A DNA stretch of 64,000 nt from Alphaproteobacteria bacterium (lineage in GTDB: Bacteria; Pseudomonadota; Alphaproteobacteria; GCA-2731375). The stretch covers positions 960,001 through 1,024,000 of the forward strand of contig CBDDPY010000002.1 of the NCBI GenBank assembly GCA_965232515.1. Direction: 5' to 3'. This document shows, in pieces, positions 25,235-34,567 of this stretch. The translations under genes were made by a program, and so were the position numbers. The notes under the pieces are model-generated. The model had not been told where the DNA came from. It searched no databases and saw only the letters and a program-made list of their open reading frames with translations. Each line of letters opens with the position of its first letter. The first letter of the stretch is position 1.

Positions 25235-26926
25235 TCAGCCGAAGTAGATCACCAGACAGGCGCCGAGCAGGACGGCGGCCCAGAGCGCCATGCTGCCGGT
25301 GGGCCAGGTGCGGGCGAGGGCGCCTTCCGGGCCGTGGTGGTCGTAGATCCGCCGCAGCGCCCGCGTCACCAGCCGTTCGAGGTCGGCGGTGGCGTTGCCG
25401 TGCGCAACGCTGACACGCGTCGACAGCCAGCCGACGACACGAGGCGCGAGCCAGCGGTAGCTGAAATCGAAATCGAGAACCGTGGAACGCAGTTCCGGTG
25501 GGTAGAGACCGGTTCTTTGCAGCGTGGCGAAGGCGAGTGCGGAAAAAAGGAGAAGCTGAAGCGTCGTGACCACATGCGTTGTCGTATAAGGCGTGTAATC
25601 CACCGGGAAGGGCAGCAGCGCGTACAATGGCTGCGGATAGACGCCGATGCCGATGCTGAGGCACGCCGTCAGTCCCATGGCCAACAGCATATTCGTGGGC
25701 GCTTCCCTGGGCCGCTTGCCGGAATCATGGGCGAAAAAGGCGAAGAACGGGATTTTGATGCCCGAATGGTGGAAAACGCCGGCGGACGCGAACAACAGGA
25801 CCAGGAAGGTGATCACATAGCCTTCTTCGGCTGCGGCCGTCAGGATCATGGATTTGGTGACGAAGCCGCTGAACAGCGGAACGGCGGAGATGGAGGCGGC
25901 GCCGACGATGCAGAATCCAGTGGTCCATGGCATGGTCTTGTAAAGTCCACCCAGTTCCGAGCCCTTGGCCGTGCCCGTCCGGTAAAGGACCGCCCCCATC
26001 GACATAAACAAAAGCGCCTTATAGAGGATGTGGGCGAAGGCGTGGCTGACCGCCCCGTTGATGGCAAGCGTGGTGCCGATGCCAATACCCGCCACCATAA
26101 AGCCCAACTGGTTGTTGAGGCTGTAGGCTAGAACCCGGCGTAAATCGTTCTCGATCACGGCGTAGAATATGGGGAAGGCGGTCATGGCCGCGCCGATCCA
26201 GATGAGCATTTCGGTACCCGCATAACCGCGCGCCAGGGCGTAGACGGCCAGCTTCGTGGTAAAGGCGCTGAGGAATACCGTGCCTGTGACCGAGGCTTCC
26301 GGATAGGCGTCCTGCAGCCAGTTGTGCAGCAGCGGGAAGGCGCATTTAATGCCGAAGGCGAGCAGGATGATCGTGCCGCCGGGGCTGTCCAGACCGATAT
26401 TGTCGAAGGCGATCGAGCCGGTTTCGCTGGCGCGCACAACAGCGCCCACCAACAACAGCACGCCCGACAACGTATAGATGATCACACATCGGAACCCAGC
26501 GCGGTAGGCCCGGGTCGTCCTTCCGGCGAAGATCAGGACGACGGCTGCGATCGCCGCCAGCTCCCAATAAATGAGCAAGGTGATCAGATCCCCGGCGAAG
26601 GTCGCGCCAATGGTTGCGCCCACACAAACGAGGGCGGCGGTCTGTTCCACCCGGTCGTCGCTTTGCCAGGCGAACAAGATGCCCAAGGCCGCTGAGATAT
26701 AGAAAATATAGCCAAATATCAGGCTTAGCTTGTCGATGCGCACGTGGGTCTGCTCGAAACCAAAGTTCGACACGGCTCCGAACGCGCCCGGCTCCAACGC
26801 CGTCAATTGCCAAATGCCAAGCAGCGGCAGGGCGAGCATGTAGACCGAGCGCAGATTCCCCCTGATGAACGGCACCAGAATGGCGCCGACGATCAGCAGC
26901 AGACCGGGTGGAAACTCAGCGGTCAT
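25235..26926 (-). CDS. mrpD: Mrp Na+/H+ antiporter D/A-like subunit (third copy)
   Basis: YWEL, AFPLLHNWLQDAYPEA, SAFTTK, RRVLAYS, HILYKALLF, SGFVTK. Confidence 0.88.
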   Translation of the reverse strand: MTAEFPPGLLLIVGAILVPFIRGNLRSVYMLALPLLGIWQLTALEPGAFGAVSNFGFEQTHVRIDKLSLIFGYIFYISAALGILFAWQSDDRVEQTAALVCVGATIGATFAGDLITLLIYWELAAIAAVVLIFAGRTTRAYRAGFRCVIIYTLSGVLLLVGAVVRASETGSIAFDNIGLDSPGGTIILLAFGIKCAFPLLHNWLQDAYPEASVTGTVFLSAFTTKLAVYALARGYAGTEMLIWIGAAMTAFPIFYAVIENDLRRVLAYSLNNQLGFMVAGIGIGTTLAINGAVSHAFAHILYKALLFMSMGAVLYRTGTAKGSELGGLYKTMPWTTGFCIVGAASISAVPLFSGFVTKSMILTAAAEEGYVITFLVLLFASAGVFHHSGIKIPFFAFFAHDSGKRPREAPTNMLLAMGLTACLSIGIGVYPQPLYALLPFPVDYTPYTTTHVVTTLQLLLFSALAFATLQRTGLYPPELRSTVLDFDFSYRWLAPRVVGWLSTRVSVAHGNATADLERLVTRALRRIYDHHGPEGALARTWPTGSMALWAAVLLGACLVIYFG

Positions 26927-27200
26927 AATAGTCTTCGTCGCGCATCAGGATCTTGCGCAACTCACGCGCCGTCAGCACCAGGGCAAAGGACACGAAAAAG
27001 CCGAACAGGCCGAAAAATCCGAACCAATTCTCGAACGCGTAATGCACGTGTTTTTCGTAAACGGCGTCCGACAGCAACAAGAACGCGCACACCACGACCA
27101 GCGCCCAGAACAGCTTGTGCACGTTGCGCATATCGTCGAGCCAGAAGCGCTTGCCGCCGTCCTTTTCCGGGGTGCGATCGTTCGAGGGCGCCTCGGTCAT
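26916..27200 (-). CDS. Small two-TM Mrp-operon membrane protein
   Basis: WLDDMRNV...GFFGLFGF...MRDEDYYD; strong GGAGG RBS; overlaps the downstream mrpD start. Confidence 0.8.
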   Translation of the reverse strand: MTEAPSNDRTPEKDGGKRFWLDDMRNVHKLFWALVVVCAFLLLSDAVYEKHVHYAFENWFGFFGLFGFFVSFALVLTARELRKILMRDEDYYDR

Positions 27201-27215
27201 GTCATATCCTCCGGA

Positions 27216-27332
27216 TCAGGGCTTCGCCAGGCGCGCCAGCACGATCAGCGCCAGCACGGCATAGCCCCCGCGCAAGAGCTTCTTGATGTTTTCGGGCCGT
27301 TGCAGCCAGTGGCGGTCGTCGTTGTCGTTCAT
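27216..27332 (-). pseudogene. Truncated 38-aa paralog of the adjacent small Mrp membrane protein
   Basis: Manual translation MNDNDDRHWLQRPENIKKLLRGGYAVLALIVLARLAKP* aligns with KRFWLDDMRNVHKLFWALVVVCAFLLLS of the next gene, then stops. Confidence 0.65.
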
Positions 27333-27345
27333 GGCGCGTCCGATC

Positions 27346-28803
27346 CTACCCGCCGACCAGCATTGTGGCGAACTCGATGGCCGGTTCCGGCACAAAGAAC
27401 AACAGCAGCGTCAAGAACGCCGTCGCCGTCAGGGCAATGACAATGGGCAGCGGCGCCTCGCCATGGGGATGCGGATTGCTTTCCCCGGCCGGCGGCTTGA
27501 CGAAAGCGGCATAGACGATGGGCAGGTAATAGGCGGCGTTCAGCAGGGTCGAGAGCACGATCACGCCCACCGCGAACCACTGCTCCACCTCGAGCGCGCC
27601 CAGCAGCATGTACCACTTGCTCAAAAAACCGGCCGCCGGCGGTATGCCGATCATCGACAAGGCGCCGATGGCGAACGCGCCCATGGTCCACGGCATGCGC
27701 CGGCCGATGCCGTCGAGCTGGCTGACATTGGTCTTATGCGCGGCGGTGTAGATCGAGCCGGCGGCGAAGAACAGCGTAATCTTGCCGAAGGCGTGCGCGA
27801 CGATGTGCAACGCCGCGCCGGCAACGCTCAACGGCGCCAGAATGAACGCCGCCATGATCACGTAGGAAAGCTGCGATATCGTCGAATAGGCCAGCCGCCG
27901 CTTCAGGTTGTCCTGCCGGAGCGCGATGATCGAGGCCAGGATAATGGTGCCACCGGCAAGCCAGAGCACGATGTCGGCCGCGGGCAGGCCGGCCAGGAAA
28001 TCGATGCCGAAGGTGTAGACGACGATCTTCACCACCGTGAACACGCCGGCCTTGACCACGGCGACGGCATGCAGCAGCGCGCTCACCGGCGTCGGCGCCA
28101 CCATGGCCGCCGGCAGCCAGCGGTGCACCGGCATCAGCGCCGCCTTGCCAATGCCGTAGATGTAAAGCAGCAGCAGCACGCCCGCGAGCCCCGGCGCCAC
28201 CTTGTCCTGCAGGATACCGCCGGCTTCGAAATCGAGCGTGCCGGCGAACTGCCAGGTCAGCAGGATCGCCAGCAGCAGCAGCACCAGCGAGGTCGACATC
28301 AACAGGCCCATATAGGTCCGGCCCGATTTCTTCGACTCGTCGTTTTCGTGGTGGGCGACCAGGGGGTAGGTCGAGATCGTCAGGATCTCATAGGCGATGA
28401 ACAACGTCAGCAGGTTGGCCGATAAGGCGACGCCCATGGTCGCGGCGAGCGCGATGGCGAAGCAGACGTAGAACCGCGTCTGCTTGGCCTCGTTGTTGCC
28501 GCGCATATAGCCGATCGAATAGATCGAGTTGATCACCCAGAGCAGCGAGGCGACGCAGGCGAAGGCCATGCCCAGCGGCTCGATTTCGAAGGCGATCGGC
28601 AGGCCGGGCAGGGGCTCTGCCAGCGTCAGCGCCAGCACCTCGCCGGCCAGCACCGCTGGCACCATCGAATAGACCGTCACCGCCAGGGCAAGCGCCGCGC
28701 CGATGGTCACGGCCTCGCGAAGGTTCGGCCAGCGGCCAAGCAGCGCGATCGGCACCGTCGCCACGGACGGGATCGCCAGGGCCAGCGCGATGCCGCCGCT
28801 CAT
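27346..28803 (-). CDS. mrpD: Mrp antiporter D-like subunit (second copy)
   Basis: AYEIL, KAALMPVHRWLPAAMVAPTPVSALLHAVAVVKAG, KRRLAYST. Start ATG 28803 (MSGGIAL). Confidence 0.9.
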   Translation of the reverse strand: MSGGIALALAIPSVATVPIALLGRWPNLREAVTIGAALALAVTVYSMVPAVLAGEVLALTLAEPLPGLPIAFEIEPLGMAFACVASLLWVINSIYSIGYMRGNNEAKQTRFYVCFAIALAATMGVALSANLLTLFIAYEILTISTYPLVAHHENDESKKSGRTYMGLLMSTSLVLLLLAILLTWQFAGTLDFEAGGILQDKVAPGLAGVLLLLYIYGIGKAALMPVHRWLPAAMVAPTPVSALLHAVAVVKAGVFTVVKIVVYTFGIDFLAGLPAADIVLWLAGGTIILASIIALRQDNLKRRLAYSTISQLSYVIMAAFILAPLSVAGAALHIVAHAFGKITLFFAAGSIYTAAHKTNVSQLDGIGRRMPWTMGAFAIGALSMIGIPPAAGFLSKWYMLLGALEVEQWFAVGVIVLSTLLNAAYYLPIVYAAFVKPPAGESNPHPHGEAPLPIVIALTATAFLTLLLFFVPEPAIEFATMLVGG

Positions 28804-30287
28804 CACCACGCCCCGTGCAGCAGCAGCGACGCGGCGCGGTTCGCGTTCTCGACCGTCAGCGACGTTTCGATGCCGAAATAGACGTTCGCCAGCACCAGGA
28901 CCCAGGTCGGGATCAGCATCACCAGCGGCGCCTCGCGCACCGGTTCGCGGCCCGTCGGCGCCGGCTGTAGATAGGCCGCCTCGATCACCCGCCAGACATA
29001 GATCAGCGCCAGGGGTGCCGCCAGCAGGATGGCTACGGCCAGCGGCCAATAGCCTTGCTCCAATGCCGCCTGCACCAGATACCATTTGGAGATAAAGCCG
29101 GCGGTCAGCGGCACGCCGATCAGGCTGAGGCCCGCGACCACGAAGCCGGCCATGGTCCAGGGCATCTCGCGCGCGATGCCGGCCATCTGTTCGATGCGCA
29201 CCGAGCCGATCCGGTAGAAGACGCAGCCCAGCACACAGAACAGCGCGCCCTTCATCAGGGCGTGGTTGAACAGGTGAACGACGGCGGCCAGCAGCGCGGT
29301 CTGGGTCGCGAGGCTAAGGCCCAGCACGATGTAGCCGATCTGGGCGACGCTGGAATAGGCCAGCATGCGCTTGATGTTGATCTGGAAGATCGCCACCAGC
29401 GAGCCGGCAAAGACGGCGATCAGGGCCGGGACGAACAGGACCATGCCCAGCGGCTCCTCGCCGAAGGCGAAGCCGACGCCGAACACGCTGTAGACCAGAC
29501 GCAGCATGACGTAGACCGAGACCTTGGTGGCTGTCGCGGCGATAAAGGCCGAGACCGCGCTCGGCGCATAGGCATAGGCGTTCGGCAGCCAGAGATGCAG
29601 CGGAAACAGCGCCAGCTTGAGCGCGATGCCGACGGTGACGAACGAGAAGGCGACCAGCACGGCGCGCGCATCCTGCACGTCGGCCAGCCGCTGGTTCAGA
29701 TCGACCAGGTTCAGCGTGCCGGTCACCATGTAAAGCATGCCAATGCCGATCAGATAGAAGGTCGCGCCGATGGTGCCCAGGATCAGGTACTGGAATGCCG
29801 CCGTCAGCGCCTTGCGCCGCCGGCCCATGGCGATCAGCGCATAGGTCGAGAGCGACGAAATCTCCAGGAACACGAAAATATTGAATGCGTCGCCCGTGAT
29901 CGTGATGCCCAACAGCCCAGTCAGGCACAGCACGTACATGGCGTAGAACAAATGCTGCCGGTCCGGCGCGATCTCGCGCTCAACGCTGCGATAGGCATAA
30001 AGCAGCACCACGGCGCCGATCGCCGCCACGATCAGCAGCACGAATACGTTCAGAATATCGACGCGATACTCGATGCCCCAGGGCGGCGGCCAGCCGCCGA
30101 GCGCATAGGTGATCGGCTCGCCGGCGGCGAGCACCTGCAGCAGCAGCGCAACGGCGATGGCGAAGGCGGCCCAGCTCACCAGCAGCGCCAGTAACCAGGC
30201 CAGCCGGCCGTTGAAGGTCAGCACGCAAAGCGGCGCCGCGATCAGTGGCAGAACCACCTGCAGGGCTGGAAGGTGCGGCGCGATCAC
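28803..30287 (-). CDS. mrpD: Mrp antiporter subunit D
   Basis: FNIFVFLEISSL, LFPLHLWLPNAY, ATATKV, KRMLAYSS, GFISKW. Confidence 0.92.
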   Translation of the reverse strand: MIAPHLPALQVVLPLIAAPLCVLTFNGRLAWLLALLVSWAAFAIAVALLLQVLAAGEPITYALGGWPPPWGIEYRVDILNVFVLLIVAAIGAVVLLYAYRSVEREIAPDRQHLFYAMYVLCLTGLLGITITGDAFNIFVFLEISSLSTYALIAMGRRRKALTAAFQYLILGTIGATFYLIGIGMLYMVTGTLNLVDLNQRLADVQDARAVLVAFSFVTVGIALKLALFPLHLWLPNAYAYAPSAVSAFIAATATKVSVYVMLRLVYSVFGVGFAFGEEPLGMVLFVPALIAVFAGSLVAIFQINIKRMLAYSSVAQIGYIVLGLSLATQTALLAAVVHLFNHALMKGALFCVLGCVFYRIGSVRIEQMAGIAREMPWTMAGFVVAGLSLIGVPLTAGFISKWYLVQAALEQGYWPLAVAILLAAPLALIYVWRVIEAAYLQPAPTGREPVREAPLVMLIPTWVLVLANVYFGIETSLTVENANRAASLLLHGAW

Positions 30288-30640
30288 TCTTCCTCGTCCT
30301 GCAGGTCGATCTCATCCTCCTCGATGGTGCCGTAGGCTTCGCGGATGCGCACGACAAGGGCCAGTCCCAGCGACGTCGTGGCGACGCCGACGACGATGGC
30401 GGTCAGGATCAGGACGTGAGGCAGCGGATTCGTGTAGACGGTGAAACGTTCGTCCGCGATCGGCGCGGTGCCGCCGGCGACCTTGGCGAGCGAGATGTAG
30501 AGCAGGAATACCGACGTCTGAAAGATATTAAGGCCGACGATCTTCTTGATCAGGTTGCCGCGCGACACGACGATATAGAGGCCGATCATCATCAGCACGA
30601 CGACGACCCAATAATTCAGGTGCGCGAGAACGAAGGTCAC
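30284..30640 (-). CDS. mrpC: Mrp antiporter subunit C
   Basis: NLIKKIVGL, NPLPHVLILTAIVVG. Confidence 0.92.
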   Translation of the reverse strand: MTFVLAHLNYWVVVVLMMIGLYIVVSRGNLIKKIVGLNIFQTSVFLLYISLAKVAGGTAPIADERFTVYTNPLPHVLILTAIVVGVATTSLGLALVVRIREAYGTIEEDEIDLQDEEE

Positions 30641-31059
30641 TCGTCGCGCCCCCGCCCGGCGAACTGAAAGAAGATCGCGATCATCGTCGCCGCCACGGTG
30701 ATGCCGACGCCGAACTCGACCAGCAGGATGCCGATATGCTGGCCGCTCTGCTGCGTGGCGCCGAGCGGCGTGTAATCGAGATAGTTGGCGCCGAGGAACA
30801 TCGGCACCACGCCGACGCCGGCGAACAACAGCACGCCGGCCGAGATCAGGATAGTCACGATCTTTATCGGCGCCACCTGGCGCGCGTTCTCGAGTCCGAA
30901 GATCAGCGCATAAAGGATAATCGCCGCGGCGAAGATCACGCCGGCCTGAAAGCCGCCGCCCGGCCCAAAATCGCCGTGGAACTGCACATAAAGGCCGAAC
31001 AACATGATGAACGGGATCAGCAGCTTGGCCGCGATGCGCAATACGCGATGATGTTTCAT
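30637..31059 (-). CDS. mrpB: Mrp antiporter subunit B
   Basis: HGDFGPGGGFQAG, VEFGVGITV. Confidence 0.92.
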   Translation of the reverse strand: MKHHRVLRIAAKLLIPFIMLFGLYVQFHGDFGPGGGFQAGVIFAAAIILYALIFGLENARQVAPIKIVTILISAGVLLFAGVGVVPMFLGANYLDYTPLGATQQSGQHIGILLVEFGVGITVAATMIAIFFQFAGRGRDE

Positions 31060-31631
31060 TCGCGCTTCGCCTCCGGTTTTTCGGCCGTCTCGGACCGGTC
31101 GCGGCGGCGCCAGGCGCCGCCGATCAACATCAGCACGGCGACGCCGGCCGTGAAAATCACCGTCACCTCGCCCAGCGTGTCGTAGCCGCGATAGCTCGCC
31201 AGCACCGACGTGACGATGTTCGGAATGCCGATTTCGGTCGGTGAATCCTGGATATAGCGGTCAACCAGATAGCGGTTCGCCGGCGCGTCGGGATCGCCGA
31301 AGTTCGGCATATCGAAGGTGCCGTAGATCAGCGCCGCGCCCGTGACCAGCACCACGATCATCGGCAGCAGTGGCGTGTGCACCGGGATCTTCTCGCGCTG
31401 CTTGGTCAGCGACAGGGCGCCGACCATCAATACGGTCGAAATGCCGGCGCCGACGGCCGCCTCGGTAAAGGCCACGTCGACCGCGTCCAACGCGACGAAC
31501 ATGGCGGCGGCGATCAGGCTATAGACGCCCGACAGCATGACCACCGCGAACAGGCTGTGCATCCGCAGGATTGCGAAGCCGGTGACCGCCAGGAACAGCA
31601 GCAGGACGATATCGACCAGGAGTTCGATGAC
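31056..31631 (-). CDS. DUF4040 / MrpA C-terminal-like subunit (no canonical start codon at the expected position)
   Basis: AVDVAFTEAAVGAG, NIVTSVLASYRGYDTLGE. The reading frame begins GTC ATC GAA directly at the mrpG stop. Confidence 0.8.
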   Translation of the reverse strand, partial: VIELLVDIVLLLFLAVTGFAILRMHSLFAVVMLSGVYSLIAAAMFVALDAVDVAFTEAAVGAGISTVLMVGALSLTKQREKIPVHTPLLPMIVVLVTGAALIYGTFDMPNFGDPDAPANRYLVDRYIQDSPTEIGIPNIVTSVLASYRGYDTLGEVTVIFTAGVAVLMLIGGAWRRRDRSETAEKPEAKRE

Positions 31632-31957
31632 TAATCGTCCTTCTTGTCCGGTTCGGGCGCCAGCAGCGGCTTCAAGCCGGCCGCCAGCGCGGCGCGCGCC
31701 GTCGTATGCGTCGTTGTCGGGCTGGTGATGAACAGGAATGCCATGATCAGCAGCAGCTTCAGGCTGACCAGGCTGAAGCCGGCCTGCACGATCAGGCCGA
31801 GCAGGATCAAACCCGCGCCCATGGTATCGGTGATACCGGCCGGATGCAGGCGGGTGAAGAAATCCGGCATGCGCAGCAGGCCGATGCCGCCGATGACGAT
31901 GAACACCGATCCCGCGCCCAGCAGCACCCAGCTGACGATGTCGGCCAACAGTTCCAT
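31631..31957 (-). CDS. mrpG: Mrp antiporter subunit G
   Basis: GLLRMPDFFTRLH, ITSPTTTH. Confidence 0.92.
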   Translation of the reverse strand: MELLADIVSWVLLGAGSVFIVIGGIGLLRMPDFFTRLHPAGITDTMGAGLILLGLIVQAGFSLVSLKLLLIMAFLFITSPTTTHTTARAALAAGLKPLLAPEPDKKDD

Positions 31958-32256
31958 TACTCCGCCGCCTCCCGCCGCTCTGACGTCGGCTCATCCGCGA
32001 CCATACTTAAATCCCCGTATTTGACATACTTCAATACGGCAATGTTGCCGATAAACGCCATCAGCGCGTAGAGCAAGGCGATGTCGAGAAAGTCCGGCCG
32101 GCCGATCAGAAAGTCGTAGACCGCGATCAGCAGCACCGTCTTGGTGGCGAAGGCATTGACGGCGGCGATCCGGTCGAACACGGTTGGCCCGAGAAATGCC
32201 CGCGCCAGCGCCATGGCCATGGTCATCAGAATGGCGATCGTGGCGACGGCGAACAT
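31957..32256 (-). CDS. mrpF: Mrp antiporter subunit F
   Basis: GPTVFDR, DIALLYAL. Confidence 0.92.
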   Translation of the reverse strand: MFAVATIAILMTMAMALARAFLGPTVFDRIAAVNAFATKTVLLIAVYDFLIGRPDFLDIALLYALMAFIGNIAVLKYVKYGDLSMVADEPTSERREAAE

Positions 32257-32741
32257 CAGGACCGCTTCTCGGCGTCGCTGACCCGACGGTCCATCTCGCC
32301 GGTCTGGACGCCGGCCGCGTCGTCGGACGACAAGGCGTGCACGCGGATCGTGCCGAGGTCGAGATCGACCGACACCGTCCCCGGCGTCAATGTAATCCAG
32401 TTGGCATAGGTCGCCTGGCCGATATCGCTTTTCTGGCTGGCGGAGGTTTCGAACAATTGCGGTGTGATCGGCAGCGCCGGATCGACGATGCGGCGGGCGA
32501 CGGCGATGTTGGCCTTGCCGATCTCGGCAATCAGCCAGGGCAGTTGACGCAACGCGCTCAGGCTCAGGCCCGCCGGAACACCTTCATGGTCGATCACCTG
32601 CATGCGCCGGGCGATGTACAGGCAGAACGCCACCGAGGCGACACCGAGGATCAGAAGCAACGGTTCGTAGTGACCGGACAACGCCAGCCAGCAGGCGGCC
32701 AGTGCCAGACTCAAGACGATCAGCTTCGAACCGGCGCGCAT
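32256..32741 (-). CDS. mrpE: Mrp antiporter subunit E
   Basis: WLALSG, ANWITLTPGT, VHAL. Confidence 0.92.
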   Translation of the reverse strand: MRAGSKLIVLSLALAACWLALSGHYEPLLLILGVASVAFCLYIARRMQVIDHEGVPAGLSLSALRQLPWLIAEIGKANIAVARRIVDPALPITPQLFETSASQKSDIGQATYANWITLTPGTVSVDLDLGTIRVHALSSDDAAGVQTGEMDRRVSDAEKRS

Positions 32742-33031
32742 CTCAGTCGCTCCGGCATCGCGCGCCGAACGCCAGCCGACGACGCCGGACGCACGGGGGA
32801 TCTGTCATGACGACGTCAAACATTTTGGAGGTGCGGCAGTCTGTTGGCGGCCATGACACAGGAAAAGAAAAAGGTTGCCATTGCTAGTCTCCGGGTGACT
32901 TTCGGCAAGATAAAGTGATGCCGAGACACCACAAAGACGTGAACCGGTTTAAACCGGTTACCGGTTTGTGACAACATTGAAACCGTGATAACGTTTCTGG
33001 ATAAAACTTGGGGGTACAGCATCTCAAAGTT

Positions 33032-33580
33032 ATGTCAGATCGGGACGATGGTGACATTGTTGACCCGGCGCCACCAACGTTATCAAGCGGAACAGTCAAG
33101 TGGTTTGACGCCGTAAAGGGATACGGCTTTGTTGTCGCCGCCGACGGCAGCGGGGACATCCTACTCCATAAGACGGTTTTGCAGGCCGCCGGTCACGAAG
33201 TAATACACGAGGGCACGACCGTCGTTTGCGAAGTGGTGCGCCGTGAGCGCGGCATGCAGGCGTTGAGTATCGTCGAAATCGACACCTCGAACGCGGTGCC
33301 GCCACCGCCGCGTCGGCCGGCGCGCAGCCCGACGGCGCCGCGACCGGACTACCCGCCGGTCGAGGGCGACGGCGATTTTCTCGATGTGTCGGTCAAGTGG
33401 TTCAACCGGGTCAAGGGCTATGGATTCGTGACGCGCGGCGAGGGCACCCGCGACGTGTTCATCCACGCCGAAGTGCTGCGCCGGCAGGGGATCGAAGATC
33501 TGCAGCCGGGACAGCAGATCCGCGTGCGGATCGGCGAGGGGCCGCGCGGCCCTCTGGTGACGGACGTCGCCCTGGAATAG
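33032..33580 (+). CDS. Tandem cold-shock domain protein (two CSDs)
   Basis: GTVKWFDAVKGYGF and VKWFNRVKGYGF...DVFIH joined by a Pro-rich linker. Start ATG 33032, or TTG 33008. Confidence 0.92.
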   Translation: MSDRDDGDIVDPAPPTLSSGTVKWFDAVKGYGFVVAADGSGDILLHKTVLQAAGHEVIHEGTTVVCEVVRRERGMQALSIVEIDTSNAVPPPPRRPARSPTAPRPDYPPVEGDGDFLDVSVKWFNRVKGYGFVTRGEGTRDVFIHAEVLRRQGIEDLQPGQQIRVRIGEGPRGPLVTDVALE

Positions 33581-33608
33581 CCGGCCTTGGCCGTAGGCGG
33601 CGACCGGC

Positions 33609-34541
33609 CTAATCGATCGCGACGGCGTAGTCGGCAACGGGCGGCGCTTTGCCGATCAGTTCCTGCGCCATCAGAAAATCAGCGAAGCGGGCATAACGCC
33701 CACGATCGAGCGCGGCCGGCCGCAACGCGAAGCGTGGCAGCGTATCGCGCCAGGCGCGGCGGTTGAGTTCGTCGTCCAGATCCGGATTTAGCTCCAGAAA
33801 CAGCTCCCAGCTTTCCTGCGGCCGGTTGACGAGATACTGCACGCCGCGCTCCAGCGCCGTCAGGAAGCGGCGGTAGCGCGGATCGTCCAGCCGGTCCTTG
33901 TGCGCCACGACAATCAACTCGTCATAGGGCGGCACGCCTTCCTCCTCGACATAGAAGGCGCGGCCCGGCTTGCCGACGATGTCCATCTGGTTCAGCTCGA
34001 AATTCCGGTAGGCGCCGATCACCGCGTCGACCTGGCCCGAGACCAGCGACGGCGACAACGAGAAATTCACGTTGATCAGTTCGACGTCATCGAGGGCGAG
34101 GCCGGCCCTTTCCAGCATCGCTTTCAGGATCGCGTCCTCGAAGCCGCCAACCGAGAAGCCGATCTTGCGCCCCTTCAGATCCGCGATCGATTGAATGGGA
34201 CCGTCGGCCAGCACCACCAGCGAATTCAGCGGCGTCGCCACCAGCGTGCCGACGCGCACCAGTGGCAGGCCCTGATCGACCTGGATATGCAGCTGCGGCT
34301 GATAGGAAATCGCCAGGTCGGCCTTGCCGGCGGCGACCAGCTTGGGCGGGTCGTTCGGGTCGGCCGGCGCGATCATCTCGACCTCCAGCCCGGCATCGCG
34401 GAAGTAGCCCCGCGCCTCGGCCACATAGAGGGGCGCATGGTCCGGATTGATGAACCAGTCCAGCAGCAGGGTCAGCTTGTCCGCCGCCTGCGCCGGCAGG
34501 ACCAGCAAGGTAAGCGCAAAGGTCAATACGATACGAAACAT
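33609..34541 (-). CDS. thiY: NMT1/THI5-like substrate-binding protein (hydroxymethylpyrimidine/thiamine-precursor ABC transporter)
   Basis: Signal peptide, LDWFINPDH, AISYQP, GAYRNFE; under a TPP riboswitch. Start ATG 34541. Confidence 0.88.
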   Translation of the reverse strand: MFRIVLTFALTLLVLPAQAADKLTLLLDWFINPDHAPLYVAEARGYFRDAGLEVEMIAPADPNDPPKLVAAGKADLAISYQPQLHIQVDQGLPLVRVGTLVATPLNSLVVLADGPIQSIADLKGRKIGFSVGGFEDAILKAMLERAGLALDDVELINVNFSLSPSLVSGQVDAVIGAYRNFELNQMDIVGKPGRAFYVEEEGVPPYDELIVVAHKDRLDDPRYRRFLTALERGVQYLVNRPQESWELFLELNPDLDDELNRRAWRDTLPRFALRPAALDRGRYARFADFLMAQELIGKAPPVADYAVAID

Positions 34542-34567
34542 GGCAAGGCTCCCAAATTTACTCGTTG

